This document shows positions 30,078-32,934 of a stretch of 32,934 nt of DNA, piece by piece. Source of the DNA: Actinomycetales bacterium. GTDB taxonomy: Bacteria; Actinomycetota; Actinomycetes; Actinomycetales; Dermatophilaceae. The translations under genes and the position numbers were made by a program. The DNA lies in the NCBI GenBank assembly GCA_038233875.1, contig JBBSVB010000001.1, positions 1 through 32,934 on the forward strand. Reading direction: 5' to 3'. The notes under the pieces are model-generated. The model searched no databases. It worked only from the letters and a program-made list of their open reading frames with translations, and was not told the origin of the DNA. Position 1 is the first letter of the stretch. Each line of letters starts with the position of its first letter.

Positions 30078-31112
30078 ATGCAATTCGACCACCGCTACAA
30101 CCTCATCGACTACAAAGGCGGAGGAGGCTACGGAGAAGTCTGGCTAGCCACCGACACCACCACCGGACGCCAAGTCGCCCTCAAACTCCTCGACCCCAAC
30201 CACACCACCCCCGACGACGCATGGCGCGAAGCCACAACCCTCACAAGCCTCCGCAGCAAATACATCGCACAAGTCCACGGAGCCACCCTCAGCCAAGTCG
30301 GCATCCCCTACATCGACATGCAATACCTGCCCAACGGCAGCATCGGCGACGCCCTCCCCAACCACGGCGTCACAGAAGCAACCGCAGTCAGATGGGGCCT
30401 ACGCGCAGCACGCGGACTCCACCTCTGCCACGAAAGCAAAATCCTCCACCGAGACGTCAAACCCGACAACCTCCTCCTCTCAGCAACCGGCGACGTCCTA
30501 CTCAGCGACTTCGGCGTAGCAGCCAAAATGGCCGCAGACGGCACCGCCAGCCCCCACGGCGACCCAGACATACGAGCCCCCGAAACATTCACCGGACAAC
30601 AACTCACCGTCCAATCAGATGTCTACTCACTCGGCGTAACCCTGTTCGCAATGGTCACCGGACACCTCCCCCACACCCTCACAGCACACGGCGGCGACGG
30701 AGGAGCACTCGTCACCGCCGTACTCGCAGGCATCCCAGACCCAAGAGACCAAGCCCCGCACCTCACCCTCGGAATGGCCCGCGTCATCACAACCGCCACA
30801 GCCCTCGACCCCGCAGACCGATACGCCTCAGCCAACGACCTCGACAACGCCCTATCCAAATTGAAGACACCACACCGCACCATCGTGCGAACCACCCCAT
30901 GCGACCCCAACGGGCGCTGCTGGAACGCCACCCCAGCCGGAAAAACCAAGAACAAGCCCATACACATCTGCGCACGACCAGCGCCAACAACACCCCACGT
31001 CCATATCGAGACACGGCACCAAGGCGGCAACCGCATCGCCGCACACTGCGACGAAGTCACCCCCGCCAAGGCCACCGCCCGGCTCAAAGCCGTTTTCCGC
31101 GCCCTACTCTGA
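30078..31112 (+). CDS. Soluble Hanks-type Ser/Thr protein kinase with small Cys/His C-terminal domain
   Basis: GGGGYGEVW, VALK, HRDVKPDN, DFG, APE, DVYSLG; no TM segment. Confidence 0.93.
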   Translation: MQFDHRYNLIDYKGGGGYGEVWLATDTTTGRQVALKLLDPNHTTPDDAWREATTLTSLRSKYIAQVHGATLSQVGIPYIDMQYLPNGSIGDALPNHGVTEATAVRWGLRAARGLHLCHESKILHRDVKPDNLLLSATGDVLLSDFGVAAKMAADGTASPHGDPDIRAPETFTGQQLTVQSDVYSLGVTLFAMVTGHLPHTLTAHGGDGGALVTAVLAGIPDPRDQAPHLTLGMARVITTATALDPADRYASANDLDNALSKLKTPHRTIVRTTPCDPNGRCWNATPAGKTKNKPIHICARPAPTTPHVHIETRHQGGNRIAAHCDEVTPAKATARLKAVFRALL

Positions 31113-31336
31113 CGGCCTCCCACAGCACGCCACAACGGCTCGGACTCGCTGGCCCGCTGGCCCGCTGGCGGGGGGACGCGACTGCTGTCCACCCAGACAC
31201 GGGTCCACGCAAGAGCGCCCAACCCCCGCAGGCGGACCTGCACACCCCATCTGCGGGCCAACCACGCCGCACGCGGGAAGTTACACGCCCCACACCGTAA
31301 ACCGCGTGGACGGCGGCGATCTCGGAGATCAGGGCC

Positions 31337-31483
31337 ACTGCTGTCCAACGAACGTGTCAAAAACTGCTGTCCAATGAAAGTGTCAACGCACCAAAACTGC
31401 TGTCCACGGAAAGTGTCAACACCGATTTCACGCTCAAATGTCCACGACAAGTGTCAAATGGACAACTTAAGTGTCAATTCACA
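31337..31483 (-). repeat. Tn7-like transposon end: terminal TGT plus five TnsB-binding-type repeats
   Basis: Plus-strand core TGTCCA-N6-GTGTCAA (terminal copy TGGACA) ending at 31360, 31386, 31419, 31457 and 31477; minus strand reads TGTGAATTGACACTTAAGTTGTCCA; candidate 5-bp TSD GCAAG at 31484-31488. Confidence 0.9.
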
Positions 31484-31489
31484 GCAAGG

Positions 31490-32356
31490 CTACTTCAGGA
31501 ACTTGGACATGCGCCGGTCGGCCAGCGGCTTTCCTCCGGTCTGGCAGGTGGCGCAGTACTGCAGGCTCGAGTCGGCGAAGCTGACCTCGCGTACGACGTC
31601 GCCGCAGACCGGGCACGGCTGGCCGGTGCGGCCGTGCACCGCCATGTTGCTCTTCTTCTCGCCCTTGAGCTCGCTCGCAGCCAGACCGCTGGAGCGCTTG
31701 ACCGCGTCGCCTAGGACGGTGCGGATGGCGTCGTGCAGCGTCTGCAGCTCCTCCTCGCTCAGGCTGTTGGACGCCTTGAACGGCGACATCTTCGCGGCGT
31801 GCAGTAGCTCGTCGGAGTAGGCGTTGCCGATGCCGGCGATGTTGCTCTGGTAGCGGAGCACGCCCTTGATCTGGGCCCGGCCCGCATGCTGCAGGATCTC
31901 ACCGAGCACCTGGGGCGTGAAGTCGCCGGCCAGGGGATCGGGACCGAGACGCGCGATCCCCTCGACCTCGGACGGGTCGCGGACGACGTACAGCGCCAGG
32001 CTCTTGCGCGTCCCCGCCTCGGTGATGTCGAGGCCGGCGCCGTTGTCGAGCACGATCCGCGCTGCGAGCGGCGACTTGTTGCTGGGCCGAGGGGGGAGGG
32101 CCGGCACCTCCTCCTTCCAGCGCACCCAGCCGGCTCGCGCGAGGTGGAGCACGAGGTGGGTGCCGGACACGTCGAGGTCGAGGAACTTGCCGTGGCGGGT
32201 GACGCCGTCGACCATGCCCCCGGCCAGTGCGGTGACCGGTGGGTCGTAGGTCTTGAGGCAGCTGAACGCCGCGATGTCGACGCGCACGATCGCTCGACCG
32301 TCCAGGCGCTGGGACAGGTCCTGGACCAAGGCTTCGACCTCGGGCAGCTCGGGCAC
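31490..32356 (-). CDS. Fpg/Nei-family DNA glycosylase/AP lyase (host gene)
   Basis: N-terminal PELPEVE, RHGKFL, H2TH IAGIGNAYSDE, C-terminal CPVC..YCATCQ zinc finger. Confidence 0.95.
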   Translation of the reverse strand: MPELPEVEALVQDLSQRLDGRAIVRVDIAAFSCLKTYDPPVTALAGGMVDGVTRHGKFLDLDVSGTHLVLHLARAGWVRWKEEVPALPPRPSNKSPLAARIVLDNGAGLDITEAGTRKSLALYVVRDPSEVEGIARLGPDPLAGDFTPQVLGEILQHAGRAQIKGVLRYQSNIAGIGNAYSDELLHAAKMSPFKASNSLSEEELQTLHDAIRTVLGDAVKRSSGLAASELKGEKKSNMAVHGRTGQPCPVCGDVVREVSFADSSLQYCATCQTGGKPLADRRMSKFLK

Positions 32357-32411
32357 GAGCCCACGTTACTGCCGCTCTGGTCTAGGACCCGGTCGCGAGG
32401 GACAATCGATC

Positions 32412-32630
32412 ATGGCCACGGTCGCTCCGACCCCGCTGGGTGCCGAGTTCTTCCTCGACACCCGTGGTGAGGCGCGCACGCTCCGGGTCCGGTGGCACCA
32501 CGAGGAGGGGCTGGTCCTGCTCTCGCTCTGGCACGGCGGCGAGTGCACCGGGACCTTCCGGCTCCCGCTCGCGGAGGTGCCGGTGCTGGTCGAGGCCCTG
32601 CGCGCCGGGCTGGACGCCGATCCCCGGTAG
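32412..32630 (+). CDS. Small conserved actinobacterial hypothetical protein
   Basis: FLDTRG..RTLRVRWH..VLLSLW..CTGTFRL; host-like codon usage. Confidence 0.7.
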   Translation: MATVAPTPLGAEFFLDTRGEARTLRVRWHHEEGLVLLSLWHGGECTGTFRLPLAEVPVLVEALRAGLDADPR

Positions 32631-32651
32631 GCAGTCTCCTGATACGGCGCG

Positions 32652-32677
32652 CTAGCGAAATCTAAGAGATTCGCTAG
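32652..32677. promoter_or_regulatory. Palindromic operator upstream of the AAA ATPase gene
   Basis: CTAGCGAAATCT-aag-AGATTCGCTAG near-perfect inverted repeat. Confidence 0.5.
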
Positions 32678-32698
32678 ACGTCCCGATACCCTCCGATC

Positions 32699-32934
32699 GT
32701 GGACCCCATCAGGAACCCCTACGCCCCCGGCGCCGGCCAGCGCCCCCCCGAGCTCGCAGGTCGGGACCGCGAGCTGAGGCAGTTCGAGGTCACGCTCGAA
32801 CGTGTCGCCGCCGGCCGCCCCGACCGCAGCATGGTCCTCTCCGGGCTGCGCGGAGTCGGCAAGACCGTGCTGCTCAACGCGCTGCGGAGCCAAGCGGTCA
32901 AGCGAGCGTGGGGGACGGGCAAGATCGAGGCCCG
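32699..32934 (+). CDS. P-loop AAA ATPase, N-terminal part (runs off the window; absent from the ORF track)
   Basis: Translated by hand: MDPIRNPYAPGAGQRPPELAGRD...SGLRGVGKTVLL (Walker A). Confidence 0.88.
   Translation, partial: MDPIRNPYAPGAGQRPPELAGRDRELRQFEVTLERVAAGRPDRSMVLSGLRGVGKTVLLNALRSQAVKRAWGTGKIEA

Larger units (their letters stand above)
22394..31483 (+). mobile_element. Tn7-like transposon, minimal core (tnsABC-tniQ, cargo and one end); probably extends left through the whole island and beyond the window
   Basis: Coupled tnsA/B/C/tniQ operon and TnsB-site array ending in ACA at 31483, followed by host-like genes. Confidence 0.9.

Noticed and set aside
31148-31169. GCTGGCCC 8-bp tandem repeat (about 2.7 copies)
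   Set aside because: Too short and GC-rich to distinguish from chance slippage
30221-31300. Long alternative-frame and antisense ORFs (e.g. 30221-31300, 29003-29932, 13786-14829, 9966-10988, 19276-20241)
   Set aside because: Low-complexity shadows of real genes caused by high GC and strand skew; no motifs
31337-31483. Repeats as a CRISPR array / element as a CAST
   Set aside because: Spacers are 1-19 bp and irregular, the array ends in a Tn7-type ACA, and no cas genes are in the window
1-32934. tRNA, rRNA, integrase, resolvase or conjugation genes
   Set aside because: None recognised by eye; short ncRNAs cannot be excluded without a covariance-model search

Overview
High-GC actinobacterial DNA. 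Positions 1-31483 look like one accessory island, bounded on the right by a Tn7-like transposon end (five TnsB-type repeats ending in ACA at 31483). That end lies 6 bp downstream of the stop codon of a chromosomal Fpg/Nei glycosylase gene. From left to right the island carries: (i) an IS-like end interrupting a CDF transporter; (ii) a Ni/Co/Cu resistance cluster (KmtR-like ArsR, second CDF, GDCCVxC protein, CopA with a CsoR box, DUF2933, DUF305, DUF6153); (iii) an unannotated three-gene operon of a PemK/MazF-like protein, a PemK-like/XRE-HTH fusion and an ImmA/IrrE peptidase with a multi-Zn-finger tail; (iv) a lipoprotein and a frameshifted type IIG-like restriction-modification gene; (v) a complete Wadjet jetABCD operon; (vi) two orphan genes and five 24-bp pseudo-palindromes; (vii) tnsA-tnsB-tnsC-tniQ(TnsD-like) preceded by a LexA box; (viii) a four-gene module of an RHH-like protein, a degenerate PRTase, a degenerate RuvC-like protein and a soluble Ser/Thr kinase. 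Several operons have PafBC-type (TGTCRG-N10-TANNNT) DNA-damage promoter motifs. The best novelty candidates are the fpg/nei attachment site, the PemK-HTH-IrrE triad, the kinase/pseudo-enzyme module and the repeat array upstream of tnsA. I did not find the left transposon end in the window. All family calls come from motif recognition by eye, with no database search.
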